A stretch of DNA of 64,000 nt from Chrysomallon squamiferum (GCA_012295275.1 CM022665.1:10416001-10480000), one strand, 5' to 3'; positions 40,011 through 54,574 are shown, counted from the first letter of the stretch. The notes: generated by a model from the sequence alone, not told the origin. A program made the numbers and translations.

Positions 40011-40119
40011 TTATTACTGCTGCTTCTGCTACTACTGCTGCTGCTGCTACTACTACTACTACTACTACTACTACTAAATTTAAATTACATTAAATTTATT
40101 TACTTCTATCATTTAAAAG

Positions 40120-40178
<59 letters not shown>
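40011..40178. repeat. (CTG/CTA)n tract and nearby (AG)n
   Basis: Trinucleotide tract at 40011-40076 and AG tract at 40123-40178. Confidence 0.95.
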
Positions 40179-40181
<3 letters not shown>

Positions 40182-41186
40182 ATTAATTTTTTAACGTAGG
40201 CAAGTTACCAAGGCTAGACGATTATCACTAAGCATATTTACTTACTGGACATGACACGCAAATTAAAAGCGCATATGTTCCAATATAACAACACTCTTTG
40301 TTTTACCGTCCTTATCGTAGGAGGCGCCACATTGTTTTATTCGCGAGCTGGAGAAAAAAGCAAGCACTGTACAAGATGTGTTATCTTAATGCATGGATTG
40401 TTTTTCACAGTAACGCGTTTACTGTAACCAGGGCCGAGATCAGTGTTTCTTTTAGATTGGATCTTCTCATTTCCCGTATTCATTTATTTATTTATTTATT
40501 TATTTAATTGTATTATTTATGTATTTAATTATTTATATATTTATTTTAATATGTTTAAAAATTAAAAAAGAAAAAAAAAAGTTTCTTGCTGTTGGTGTTA
40601 TTGATGTTCTTCTTCTTGTGATGATGATGACGATAATGATTTTTATCTTTTTCTTTTCTATATTATTATTATTATTTTTTTTAATTCATTATATTTCTAT
40701 TTTATTCTATTTCACTTTTTTAAGTCAGATCGCTTTTCCTCTTTCTCTCTCTCTCTCTCATAATGGCTTCAAAACAAATGTCATAAACGCTATTTATATA
40801 TTTTTATTTTTATTTTATTATTAAATTCTTCAAAATCGTATTTCAGTTTCTGAATGATTATCAAACAACAAATCTTTTTCTCTTCTTTTTTTATTCTCGC
40901 TCTTTTTTTTTTTCTCTCTTTTTTTTTTTTTTTTTTATCAGACAAGTGATTTATTACCAAAAGCCCTAGCATTACTTACATTACAAGATTAATTCTGTGT
41001 ATTTTCTTTCTATATTTAGGATGACTTTAAAGATAAAATTCTTTATCTCTGAACTTCGTACAACATTCATTGTTGATTGTATAATTCAATATGACTCGCG
41101 TGTTTGTGTGGGTGTACGTTCTATTTATGTTTTTTTTTTCTTTTTCTTTTTTTCTTCTTCTTCTTCTTTTCTTCTTCTTCTTTTTC

Positions 41187-41221
<35 letters not shown>

Positions 41222-41767
41222 TTCTTAATGCTATAAATCATCAAATTGTTCTTTGCAAAATTAAAAATGACAAAAGAGCGTTAACGAATACCCATGCCCA
41301 CACCCACACTATCTTTACTGAAGCTTAACACTATATATGTACATACAAATGCTCGCGCACACACAAACATGCACACATGTACACATACATCCGTTGAATC
41401 TGTATTATGGCCTACTCTTATCAGCTGGCAGCAAAAACTCTTCAATATGCACCTTTCCTTTATCAGGAAAGCATCCACTATACACACATTTTGATAGACT
41501 GTCAGTGGAGCACTGGCTGTAACGGGAAACAAATAGAATGTTGCGAAGTATTCTGGTCATGAAACCTTTCATTCTGTCCATAATTAACTCCATAATTAAT
41601 GAGCTTAAGACGAATTACATATGGTCACACTTTTTGTTTTCGTCGAACTAAGTCGGGTTTTTTTTTTTTTTTGTATAACTTTTCGTTTTATAATATATCC
41701 TGAATTTATTCATTACTAACATATTTTACCGATCTTTTTTAAATGCTCATATATATTCATGCAACTG

Positions 41768-41823
<56 letters not shown>

Positions 41824-42014
41824 CAGATGCATGAATCTAATTTTTATTTCTACCGAAGACATTTTTTTTTACCACGTTATCTCTGAGACAAACGATTTCT
41901 TTAACAAAACTGATAGTGAACGCGGGCTACCAAAAATAAAATTCCCAGAATGTGCCAGGATTTGACCACAAGTCCGAACCCATTTTATCTACTCAACATT
42001 TAACATTCTACACA

Positions 42015-42310
42015 AATCAGCCGTCTGGCCGCACGCTTATTCGCGCAATTAAGGTCGACAGAACCGCGGAATGAAAACCATACATATTTGAACAGATGCT
42101 ATAATGTTGTACTTCCGCGCGCGTGGCTCCTATCCGAAGAATAATTAAAGCCGTTAGGAAGATGCAAGAAAGTGAAGCCTGTTGACACGTGTGAAAATAG
42201 CAATTGACCAGCACGTGCACTGACGTCAAGTTAGACAGGCATCCATCACACTACTTCCGGTTCTTTGTTTCGCGAGAGAGAGAAAAAGAAGACCAAAAAA
42301 CGCGTACCAT
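42015..42310. promoter_or_regulatory. CpG-rich island with a CRE, E-box and ETS motif cluster
   Basis: CACGTG at 42186 and 42212, perfect TGACGTCA at 42221, ACTTCCGG at 42253 and ACTTCCGC at 42111, all within 150 bp. Confidence 0.45.
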
Positions 42311-43258
42311 ATGGAATTATTTAAAGAAATAGTGAACGTTTTTTTTTTTTTTTTTTTTTTTGCACCTTTCTATGCCGGATTTTTTTAAAGTAGCCTGCCA
42401 GATAACATGAAAATTAAGACACTAATAGTTTTTTTTCTATGTTGAATTCTGAATGGTTCCTTAAAATGCGTATTTAAAAAATTAAAAAAAAAAAAAAAAA
42501 AGTAAAGAAAAAGAAACAAAAAAAGAAGAAATACTCATGTTTAAATATTGTAAATATATTCACTCATGCATGCTAAAGCCCAAAACAGACATCGTAATTT
42601 CGGGCGATATTTCCCCCTATTTTCACTTCTTTTTTTAAACACCGTCATATTGTGCTTTACATTCTAAAACGGGCTACCAGATAATAATAAAAGTGCATTT
42701 CGCTAATAATAGCGTTATTTTAATTTTAAGTTAAAAGAATTTAAATTTGCACTATCTGATTTTTTATTTCATTTTATTTTACACTAAATTCATTTTCTTG
42801 CAACGTATGGTTGGTTACAAATACAGCAAAAGGTAAAAGATTCACGGCTGAAGGGAAGTAACTCTCAGGGTCAGTATAATGAGATACAGAAACTTGTCTG
42901 AAAAAAAAAAAGTAAAAAAAAAAACATCATAAAAAAATAAAAATCCCATCTGTGATGAGATAATCATAAAACTTGATCATCCTTTTTCACAGTGGTTTCT
43001 TGAACATCATAACTTAATCACTCCACATAAAATAAATAAAACTGATACGCTGTATTTCATTTTCGTCTAAAAGTATCAGTTATTTTTGTGAGAAGTTACG
43101 CAGGTTTGCAATTTCCTTAGCCATCAGTGAATATATTGTACAATGTTATCACAGTGCTCTATAGAAATTAAAAAGAAAAGAGATATCTTTTACAGCTAAA
43201 ATTTAAAAGCTATTGTTGTTGTTGTTGTTGTTTTGTTTTTGTTTTTCTTTCGTTTCAC

Positions 43259-43291
<33 letters not shown>

Positions 43292-43578
43292 GATCGTTGT
43301 TGGTGATGTTGACGTAGATGACGATGACTATACTGCTGTTTTTGTTGTAAAATGAAAGCTAGAATGCAAAGTCTTTACCTAACTGTAACTGTTATTTCGT
43401 ACCAAGATGGCGTCTAGGTACATAAGGTAAGAAGAGGTTTTGAAAACATCGAAAACAATACTTAAGACTGAATTATATAACAACTGAATGAAAAATTCAA
43501 ACATGTTTATAACAAATAAAGAATTAATTTTATTGGAAGGATTTTTGTTGTTGTTGTTGTTTTTAATAATTTGTATTG

Positions 43579-43635
<57 letters not shown>

Positions 43636-43710
43636 TTTTATTTTATTTTTTTCGTTTGTTTTGTTTTGAAACGTAAATAACAGATCAAACATAAAAAAGC
43701 TCAACATATA

Positions 43711-43742
<32 letters not shown>

Positions 43743-46460
43743 ATGTATATATGTATAATAATACATACACACACACAAACGCACAGGCATGCACCTTTTT
43801 ACTCAAAGAAACACAGATGAGAGCGGAGTAACACATTAGTAACCCAGTGCTTAATTTAACATATTTATAATGATGGCAGCTTTGGAGATATAATCATATT
43901 TAATGATTTCAAATTCCCATTCAGTCGGGCTGAGGCTCTCTCTCTGGCGCCAGGTCGAGCAACGCATTGCGGAGAGGGCCGCGTGAGTGACGTGCATCTT
44001 GGCTACTCACGTGCAGACACTTGACCCGAAATGACTCGGAACAGAACAGCCTTACTTGTATCTACAAATACTAGCTCTATTTTATTAAATGACTGATAAA
44101 CGAGCGTTATGTCCCATATCAAATTTAGCCACAATAAAATAACAAAAGTCGACAATGAAACGCTTGTTACGTTGACAGATCTGTTTCTCGGTGCGACTGT
44201 GGTCAAATACCATCATGCCTTGTTGGAATGGAATGCTGTTATGTTTGTTTGGTGTGTATGTGTATGTTTGTATGTATGTATGTATGTATGTATGTGGATG
44301 TGTATCTCTGATCTTGTACTTTGGTATTTTATATGTTTAATGTGATTTAGTAAAAGGGTGTGTTCTGATTGAACTTGATGTACTTGAACAGAAATGACTT
44401 TTATCTGCATATCATTGACAGTTTGTGTGTGTGTGCGTGCGTGCGTGTGTGTATGTGTGTTATATTTCTGTTTATGTATGTATTTATTATTGTTCTTTTT
44501 AATACCGGTCTTTTCTCTTCTTCTTCTTGTTTCTTCTTCTTCTTCTTCTTCTTCTTCTTCTTCAATTGTGATCAGAACATTCCTAAATCTGAACTCCTTC
44601 TTTCTAATTCGACTTAGCATAATCATATTATTATCTCTACAAAAACACGAATAATAACTTCTAATTTAAATATTCGTATTTTAACCTCATACAACGACCA
44701 CTGCGCATGGAAAGCTGTAATGGACAAAATGACTAGGTTTGTATTTCCATTCTATCGGAAGATGTCTAAATTATCTTACAGAGATAGCGGTGCTGCAGGA
44801 AGCCACAACGCTTGCCGAGAATTGCCGAGTCAGGTTTTAAGCTAACAGATTAACTAATTTAGAGAAGTCTTTAGACTCGCTATTAAAAGAAATTGGCAGA
44901 CAGTGGGGGTTAATTGAAAGCCAGACTGTGTGACTACCAGCAGAACGCGAGTCGTTCGCTCCGGCTTAAAGACTCGGCTTACGAGAAAAATGTTTTTACT
45001 TAACACTGAAAAGTTTAATTTACTGAAACATTTCTTACCGTAAAACTGATAAAATCAAATACGTCCATACCTTCACGAACGTGTTTCTGTCAGTCTGAAA
45101 CATTGTTGGCTATACGTAATTACAGACTAAATAATGATGACTTGCCTGCAGTTGTTAGAAAGCTGTCTATGGCACGTTGGTTAGAGCGTTGGTTATAATA
45201 CGTAATGCGTAGCAGAATCGGTCCATTTTTTTATTTACAAAACTTATTTCTTTGTTCTTTATATTTATTGTTACGCATCACTTTCATCAAAGACTGGTGC
45301 CTAGTACAAATAAAATAAAGGCTACTGAATGTATATAAAAGTAAATTAGGTTGTTTATTCAAACACTTCAACAACAAACCAAGAACAGTCAATCGGTGGT
45401 GTATATAAACTGTACTTATATTGTGTAAATACGAACAAAGAAGCACTTTAATAAATAAATAAATAAATAAATTTGAAGTGTCAAAAATTGTAATGAGAGC
45501 TGTCTACACTCTTTAACTAGAAACGAAAAATATAATAATTTAGGACTATATATATATATATATTTAAAAAAAAAAAAATGAATATATATCACAGATGCAT
45601 TTTGAGTATAAACATTATAAAGAAGTAATTCAAAATGCACAAAGGCTATTTTAACCATTACAGGTAGTCTTTAACTTACAAACGTTCAACTGGCGCCACT
45701 GCTTATACTGGCTGGTACATTTTTGTGAAAATTGTATGTAAGAGGATACGCTAATTCGGTTAGAACAGAGATGTAATATATGGTTAGTTGTAATATAAGG
45801 CAGCGTGTGCCAGGCACCGGCAAATCATTCTGTAAAGTATTCACTCAGTATGTCTTAGACTCCAAATGAGATTTAAATGTACACGTAATTTATTACAGCG
45901 TTACGTTGCGTGGGTTATACAAATTTAGTAAATCGCCTGAAAAATTAAATCTACGAGGTGAAAAGAGAACGAAGAAGAAGAAGAAGAAAGAAAAAAAAAA
46001 AAAAAAAAAAAAAGAAGATTTTTAAGGAAAAATGTCAGTTAAAATAAAATAAATTTGTTAGCCTTTTTTGCCCCTTCCTTCTTCCCCCCCCCCCCCCATA
46101 CATTGTTACTATGAAATGAAATAAGGAGAGAAACAAATTTCAGGAAAGAAAAATCGTTGATTTTTGTATTTTTTTTGTTTATTTGTCATTTTAATTATTC
46201 GTTCATTAGGGTTCGTGGATTTTGTTTGTTTATATCCTGTCCATACGTAATTATTAGCACTGTAATTTGATGATGATAAGCAAACATAATAAAGAAAACT
46301 TACCATCTGTAATTGTTGCTGTGATATTAAATTGTTCTTATGTGTGTATATACTGTTATAAATATTTATGGATAGAGGTATGTATGTATAATTAGAAAAT
46401 AAATCCACACTCTTTGTATGTATAAATGTATGCATATATGCACGTACGTGTATGTTCCTA

Positions 46461-46505
46461 TTATTATTGTTGTTGTTGTTGTTGTTGTTGTTGTTATTAT
46501 TATTA

Positions 46506-46553
<48 letters not shown>
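46461..46553. repeat. (GTT)n/(ATT)n microsatellite
   Basis: Seen directly. Confidence 0.96.
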
Positions 46554-46555
<2 letters not shown>

Positions 46556-48400
46556 TTGTTTTATTTCCGAATATCTACAAGTATGCACATTATTTCACCA
46601 TTCCTATTTCTTCACAAATTAACTGATAACTAAAGAAAGAAAAAAAATAAAAAGATTAAGGGAACAAAAGACGGAGGATGTATCTAAACACTTAACATTT
46701 TGTTTAGAATAATGCAATAAAACATTCAAGAACTGAGCCCAGTAATTACATCCATTTTCAAACAACAGTTTTCGCATTGCACATTTGTAAATTCTGGTTT
46801 GAGCGGTATCGGTTACAGCAGCATTGCGGCAAATATCGGGATTTGCTAAGGTTGCCGACATTTTCGAGATAAAAAAGCCTGGCCTGAGACCACACACGAA
46901 GCGTGTTGGTTGAAGAAGACACGACTTGCATACAGGGAGAACAGACCACACAAAGTGTTTGACGCTGTGTGCGACAGAGGTTATTTCTGTGTATATCGTA
47001 TTATATCACACAATACAGTTATGGATCATAATCGCGATATCTGGTATAGGCAAATCCAAACGACAAAGAGAGAATCACTTTTCACGAAATTACACCAAAC
47101 GTGGTTTATAATGATCATGACCATTAAGATGACAGTTCTGAAAGCCGAGTGGTGTTTGTAATCATTTATGTCTTTTGAACTTGTACAAACATAAACAGAA
47201 AGGCCGTAATGGGCTGTGTGTTTAACTGCTTGGTGCAAAATGGTTTTTAAAATACTAAGTACCAATAACAGTAATAATAATAATAATCAACTGTTTTGTT
47301 AATATGTACAGAGTTTTAGACTGTTTGCAATGATTTACGCTCAGTATGTATGGAGCTTTAGCCAATATACACACAGAACATCGACGCTGTAAACACTGAT
47401 TTATATTCAGTACTTACTAAGTTGCGTGAGCCTTACGTTGCGACTACGTATCTACGCAATACATATTCATCAGTTATTCAGAATACGTACTCACAGTTAC
47501 GCTGTACATACTATGCCAAACGTAATGCCTACCGAGTTACAAGCAGTACATAATTACGGAGTTTTACGCTCACTGACCATTCGGCGAAACATTCCTCTGA
47601 ATAACAAACACTTCCAGGAACTTGAACCAGATTTTATCAAGTTTCCAAAAGTAGGCCACAACTCTAAGACAAGATTCGCCAGATGGTTCATCTGTTGAAA
47701 TCCGGTTTTGATCATTTCCATTTCCGACTTGTTCTTCGCACAGTTTAAAACATCACACAGGTTACTCTTCAAAGATTGTCATGTCCTTGCGCCAAAGCCA
47801 TGTTGTTTTGAAAAGGCTTAAAATTAACTGTTGTAACCTGTGGCATGACTTAAGGATTTAAAAAAAAAAATTATTTTCAATAGTTTAAAATTAGTTCTAG
47901 CTCATAAACTGTTACTTATTATTCGCTTTTATGTTTTGTTACTGAAGTAAATGTAAGTGTTTTGTTAATAATTCTACATATTGCTTTATAAGAATGTTTC
48001 TTGTGTATTTTACTGAATACTAATCAAGACATTAATAAAACATCAGTTGCATGTTTTTCTGCATCACTAATCACCTGAATTTATATTTTTCTTTCTTAGT
48101 TCGAAAACTCCACCAACTACTGTAATACCGCTTTTCCTTTTTCTTTCTTTTTTATTTTATTTTATTTTATTTACAAAATAACAAGTTATTTATTATTATT
48201 ATTATTTTTTTATATATATTTACATAAACATACACGAATATCTGTCATATTTCAGCGCATTCTAAGATAAGGAAAATAATCCACCCTGATTATATTACTT
48301 TTTAAAAGCTGTTTAACATAATGTATTGTAACTGAAGTATCACATTAATAAATAAATAAATGCAAAATTTGTGGTTTTAAACATCATTTTGGGACACGCA

Positions 48401-48526
<126 letters not shown>

Positions 48527-49328
48527 AAATAATCACTTTTTTCTGTAACAAAACTGTAATCAGCAATCTCTCTTCTCTTCAGTTTCAGCTTTAATGTAAG
48601 AGATCAGCACTAATGAACTGATGACTAACATAACGAACGTTCTACAGAACAAATTACTTCTCATCATTAAACGAAGTAACTCCATCAAAATAGAGCCACA
48701 CCTTGCCTGCAATTGACATCGATAGTACTTGATGCTGTTCGGCACGTTCTGACCCCGAGGTCATGTCGTTCTATACTGTGACGGGGAAGCAAATTAATGG
48801 ATATTTCGTGCATTTACGTACGTTAGTCGGTTGCGGAGTGTAATATCAATCCCAATTTTTTATTTATTTATTTTTTTATATTTCGTTCTTGTTGCCTGTT
48901 TTGCAATAAACTCATTACGGTTATGGGTATTTTCACTAAAAATAAACAAAATATATTTAATGATTATTTTATATCAGATATGTAGTTATAATATATAATT
49001 GTTATTCCGAAACAAAAAGTGTTTTAATATAGCAATTACACCATCCACACAGATGCATGTATGTAATGTAATTTAAAGAAGTGTATGTATATATATATAT
49101 ATATATAAGGTTGTTTTTTTGTTTTTTTTTTAAGTTAAAAATTAATAATTCAGTTTATGGATGATTTTTTGTGTTAATATGTGTCAACGAATGAATTCTA
49201 CTGGATTTTTTAGTTCGTCATTTTTTTCTCTCTCTTTCTTTCTTTTTCTTGAATCTTCCTGTCTGTATATCTGAAACTTTTTTTTATATATATTATTATT
49301 TATTTATTTTAATCTGTCACAATTATGC

Positions 49329-49603
49329 TTAAAGCTCATAGTTCTCTTGCCAGGATTAAAACTGCTTTTCAGTTGCATAAACAACTGTTATTTTTTAAAT
49401 TATCTATATTTATATTATATTTAAAGCTCATATTTTTCTCTGCTCTGCCAGGATTAAAACTGCTGACTATTTTGGACCCTGTAACGTTTGGGAGGATCTG
49501 AAGCTTTTAAAAACGAAATTATCTTGTTGTTCAAACAATGAAATATTAGAGAGAGGTCTGTTGCTCAACTAGATGTTATTTTTTAAATTATCTGTATTTA
49601 TAT
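49329..49603. repeat. Interleaved short direct duplications
   Basis: TTAAAGCTCATA...TGCCAGGATTAAAACTGCT at 49329 and 49421. TGTTATTTTTTAAATTATCT(A/G)TATTTATAT at 49386 and 49574. Confidence 0.85.
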
Positions 49604-50395
49604 CACTATTTAAACAAGTGTTTTTGTTTTTTTGTTTTGTTTTGTTTTTTTTGTTTGCAGTTTTTCTTCTTCTTTTAAATGTATTTTCTTGTTTTTTTTT
49701 TTTTTTTTTTTTTTGTTTTTTTTTCTGGGGGTTTTTTTTGTGTGTTTTTTGTATCTTATTATTATTGTTTAATTTTATTTTTGGTTTTTGTGTTTGTTTT
49801 TATTTCAATACCGTTCTAAAGTGTCTTCATTAAAAAAAAAAAAAAAAAAAATTAAAATTAAAATCCACAGGTATGAATGAGAGAATGAATAAATAAACAA
49901 CAACAACAACAATAAAAGACAAGAACTGCAACAACAGCAACAATAATAATAGCCCATACATCCAGTATTAATTTCTATACTTTTCCAATTTAACTTTTTA
50001 TCAGTCTTAGATTACACACTCTCGTGTCACCATTCTGTGTTGTCAAGTTGTTTACACTACCGGTGTCGCACCATTTTTGCTCCACCTATATCGCATTGTA
50101 TTGCTATTGCTCCGCACAAGATATACCGCTGACACTGGAGAACGTTTCACCTTTGGCTTTTCCTATCTCTTGTACTATCTATCTCTGACACATTATGTTG
50201 TAGCTGACATTTTGACATATTAAATGCTAAAAGATACTGTCAAATCTTTTTTGTGTCGAAATGAGAACGACCTGAAGGGCATGTCTCATTGGATGACCTT
50301 GTCCCAAACTGACCTCAGTAATTTGTATTAATTTAAATGTGTGTATGTGTCTGTGTGTCTGTGTATATAGATGCATATATTATGTGTATTTATCC

Positions 50396-50426
<31 letters not shown>

Positions 50427-50427
50427 C

Positions 50428-50469
<42 letters not shown>

Positions 50470-50910
50470 CGTGTTTGTGTGTGTACGTGTGTGTCTGTAA
50501 TATGGACACATCATAATTTCTTTAATTACTAAATAAAATTAAAAATGTATAAATGGGTAAACAGTATTAGTCAGAATAGGTTCTTTATGAGTCATCATAA
50601 AAAAAAAAAAATTTTTTTTTTTTTTTTTTAAATCGTCCTATTTTACTTTTCTGATTTCCTAAACATCTCGTGACTGGTGTTATTAAATTTCATCAAATGT
50701 CAAACTTTCGGTCATAAAGGATTTTATTTTTTTTTTTTTTTTTTTTTTTTTTTCATTTAAAGAAAAAAAAGAAAAGAAAAAAAAGAAAGAAAACTGAGTT
50801 ACTCTTCGTCATTGGTTCCTCAGTCACGTACGTTCGTGGTTAGATGTAACACTGTTTATTCACAGCTACCTGCTACATCTACAAAACAAACAAACACTCC
50901 CATCTATTGA

Positions 50911-51330
50911 AAGTAGATCACGTATTAAATTAAATTTATATATGTAACGAAGTCATGATATTGGGCGGTTCCATTTAGAGTATAGTTCACGTATTAAATT
51001 CAATTTATATAGCTAACGACGTCATGACACAAGGACGGTTCCATTTCAAGAAGTTCACGTATTGCACAATGCAAACCTATATTAGGGCGGTTCCATTAAA
51101 ATTCCTGTGGAAAATTAAATTCATACATCTAAATAAATGATGTTGTAGTGTAGAGCTTTTCCATTAAAGTAGACCACATATTATGCAGTGGGGAAAAAAT
51201 AATAATAATAAAATAAAATTATATGGCTAAGAACATCCCAGTGTTAAGGCGGTTCCGTTAAAGCAAATACAGTATTGCAAGGTGAAAAATTAAACGTTTA
51301 TATCTAACGACATACTGAACGGTTCTATAA
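50911..51330. repeat. Degenerate ~70-bp minisatellite with conserved (G/A)CGGTTCCATT core, 6 units
   Basis: The core C lies at 50966, 51036, 51088, 51156 (variant CTTTTCC), 51250 and 51320, giving spacings of 70, 52, 68, 94 and 70. The first two units also share TCACGTATTAAATT.AATTTATAT...TAACGA.GTCATGA. Confidence 0.85.
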
Positions 51331-51969
51331 GAGATCTAGTACCAGCGACTTTGTTTAGGTGTGGTTTTGGATCTCATTTTGATCTTGTTTTCTTGTTGAC
51401 GTTGATCGAATAGTTGGAACATTCGTCATGCCGATAAACATTCCTTTTTTCATTCACTGCTGATGCAGTAGCGTTAGATTGAGTTTTGGTTTTAAATATT
51501 TTACCCCGTATTTTCAGATAATTATATTATCCAGTTTTATGAAAAGAAAGTTATATAAACACTGAGTTATGTAAAAACTATTTTAAAAAAGACAACAATA
51601 ACAACAACAACAACAACAAAACCGGCAACATTATTCTTTGAACTAGATACTTAACAGTAACATGCACGTACCAATATCAGACTTATAATGGTTAAGCATC
51701 AGCTTTATAATTCACTGGTAAACGGTTCGCATCTAAATGTCGGTTTCTGTATAAATCTTAATGTGAAAGTGTTGGTCTCTTTATTCACTGTAATCGAGAC
51801 TTGTGGATTTTAGATTTTATGCCCACGACAAACGTGACTGGACCTTATCTGGAAGTAAGCACGATGAAACGGTAACACATATTCTGGAAACCAATGATAA
51901 TAATAATAATAATTAATAATAATAGCAACAATAACATATAAATAAATTTAAAAGATCTGAAAACATAAC

Positions 51970-51972
<3 letters not shown>

Positions 51973-52039
<67 letters not shown>
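51973..52039. repeat. (AG)n microsatellite
   Basis: Seen directly. Confidence 0.97.
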
Positions 52040-52043
<4 letters not shown>

Positions 52044-52358
52044 AAAACACAAAAAGAAAAAAAAAAAAAAAAAATAGAGCGGTACTCTGAGAAGGATCGA
52101 TCCTACTACTGTCAAAGCTCTAAATATGTGAATTACACTGTGAATTACAGCCTGCGTTCTTTACCGAGGGAAACTATTCGAATTACGAGATCTAGTGATG
52201 TGTTTCTGCTCAGGCTCGGCGACTGAAAACTAATATTATTATCATTATTATCTTATCCACGACTCTCTAACCAGTCATGACAGTTTTATGTCGTTAGTGG
52301 CATAGATAACCAGCAGTGCTTTTTGTCGATGTACAGATACAACATGACTGTCGAAACT

Positions 52359-52916
52359 GTAGTAGTAGTAGTAGTAGTAGTTGTAGTAGTAGTAGTAGTA
52401 ATAGTAGCAGTTGTAGTAGTAGTAGCAGTAGTGGTAGTAATACAATTAGTATTAGTGATAGTAGTAGTAGAGGTAGTACTAGTAGTATCAGTAGTAGTAA
52501 TAGTAGTGGTAGCAGTAAGTAATAATAGTAATAGAGTGTAGTGGTATCAGACGTAGTAGTACTCGTAGCAGCAGTAATCGTAGCAGTAGTAGTTGTACTA
52601 ATAGTAGTAGTAATAACAGTAGAAGGTGGAAGAATAGTAGTATTACCAGTAGCAATAGTTGAATTAGTAGTAATCGTGACAGTAACAAGTAACTTGTGGC
52701 AGAAATGGAAGTAAAAGTAAAAGTGGTAGTAACAGTAGTAGTAATAGTAGTAGTAGTAATAATAATAGTAGTAGATGATGTTGTAGTAATAGTAGTAGTA
52801 ATAGTAGTAGTAGTAATAATAGTAGTAGATGATGTTGTAGTAATAGTAGTAGTAAAAGTAGCAGTAGTAGTAGTAATAATAGGAGTAGATGATGTTGTAG
52901 TAACAGTAGTAGTAAA
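52359..52916. repeat. Long degenerate (AGT)n tract with three internal GTAGATGATGTTGTAGTAA higher-order units
   Basis: Seen directly. The internal units lie near 52770, 52825 and 52885. Confidence 0.95.
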
Positions 52917-53865
52917 GGCAACTTAGTACCTAATTTTAAAGTAATTGTATTTATTATTAATTTTGGTGGTGGTGTTTTTTTAATAATATTTTTCTTTTGC
53001 AACATTGTTTTTCACGTAATCTCGAATGTTTTGACATTTTAAAATCTGTTCACACTGACCGAGTTTTTGTTGTTTATGTTTTGATCAACTCCTAAAGTTC
53101 GCTTCCCTTACGAAAGAGGGTCACACTGTGAATTTCGGTCAACTCGAGTAAACAACATTGTAGATATTTTTAGAAAATGGCGGGAAAGTGTGAGCTTTTT
53201 GCGCAATGGGCTCTGGGAAAAACAAGATAGATGGCAGGGTCAAGTTGTTTTGTTGTTGCTCCTTTTTTTTTTTTTTTTTTTTTTTTTCTTTATTTCAGAT
53301 TCCCGCTCGCCCCTGGCTAATATTTTTTTTTTTTTTTTTTTTTACAACGTTAAGTTGTACAATCGCATTCGTGACATTATGCTGAAAGTCAGAGAATAAT
53401 TTATGATAGACATTATAAGTCATCTGGGCATTGTTATTTGTATGCTTTCTTTTTTTTTTTTTTTTTTTTTTTGGTTTTTTTTTTTTTTGGAGGCGTCCAG
53501 CAATCATGACGCAATAACCTGTATATTTAAAATCATAAATAATTCAACGTTCACAAATAAATTTAAAAAAATACTACTTTTTAATTATTTACTTCTCTAT
53601 CTTTTCTAGATTATTGTATCACTGAATCACGTTATGTATATTTACTTATTTGCCTATATTACATTGCTGCTACGTTTTTTAAATTTCTAAACAGTCATTT
53701 ACCTAGATATATACCACCCCACCTATGTTTTTAGCCGACCGATTTTTTTTTTTTTTTTTTTTCTTTTTCTTTCTTGTATTGACAATTATTTCATTCTGAA
53801 AATTTATCCACCACATTAATGGCGACCCCTATAAGCTGACGGCCTGGATTCACCTTTATCAAAAC

Positions 53866-53867
<2 letters not shown>

Positions 53868-53954
<87 letters not shown>

Positions 53955-53958
53955 ATTA

Positions 53959-53991
<33 letters not shown>
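53868..53991. repeat. (ATT)n(GTT)n(ATT)n microsatellite
   Basis: Seen directly. Confidence 0.97.
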
Positions 53992-54501
53992 GCTGAAAAA
54001 CAGAAAACGCCCAAACCAATTTTCTAATAATTTTTATACATATAAAATTTTCTTATATATAAACACATAAAAAAAAACAAAATTAAAAAAAAAATTAAAA
54101 TGAATTTTCTGGTTTATTAAAATGCCTATAATATGTCGTTTTGCAGTCAACTGCATTCATCAAATGATTCAGATTATTTTTTATCATTATAATTCACAGT
54201 CTGTGATGTTAATTTTTTATTACATTTTGCCGAATGACCTTATTTTGTGTTTTTCGCGTTGTTCAGTGTTCTCTAGGGGACGCACTCTGGTATTCTCTGG
54301 CTCAGCTTGGGGACGGAGGTTGAAGTACGCTATGAAGTAATTGTGTCACAGAGATTAAACTTTCTGCAGTGATTTTTTTTGTTGTTGTTGTTTTAGTCTG
54401 CGGGGTTTTTTTTGTTGTTTTTTTGTTATTGTTTGTTTGTTGTTTGTTTTGTTGTTGTTGATTTAATTGTCGCATTTGTCCTCTGTCCTACCCAACATCA
54501 G

Positions 54502-54503
<2 letters not shown>

Positions 54504-54572
<69 letters not shown>
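54504..54572. repeat. (CT)n microsatellite
   Basis: Seen directly. Confidence 0.97.

Positions 54573-54574
<2 letters not shown>

Noticed and set aside
46619-47772. Several 61-110 aa ORFs on both strands
   Set aside because: They overlap mutually in opposite frames, have random-like composition and show no recognisable domain.
50911-51330. CRISPR-like repeat-spacer appearance (also 7795-8038 and 27073-27228)
   Set aside because: The spacers are homologous or absent, the repeats are short and degenerate, there are no cas genes, and the context is eukaryotic.
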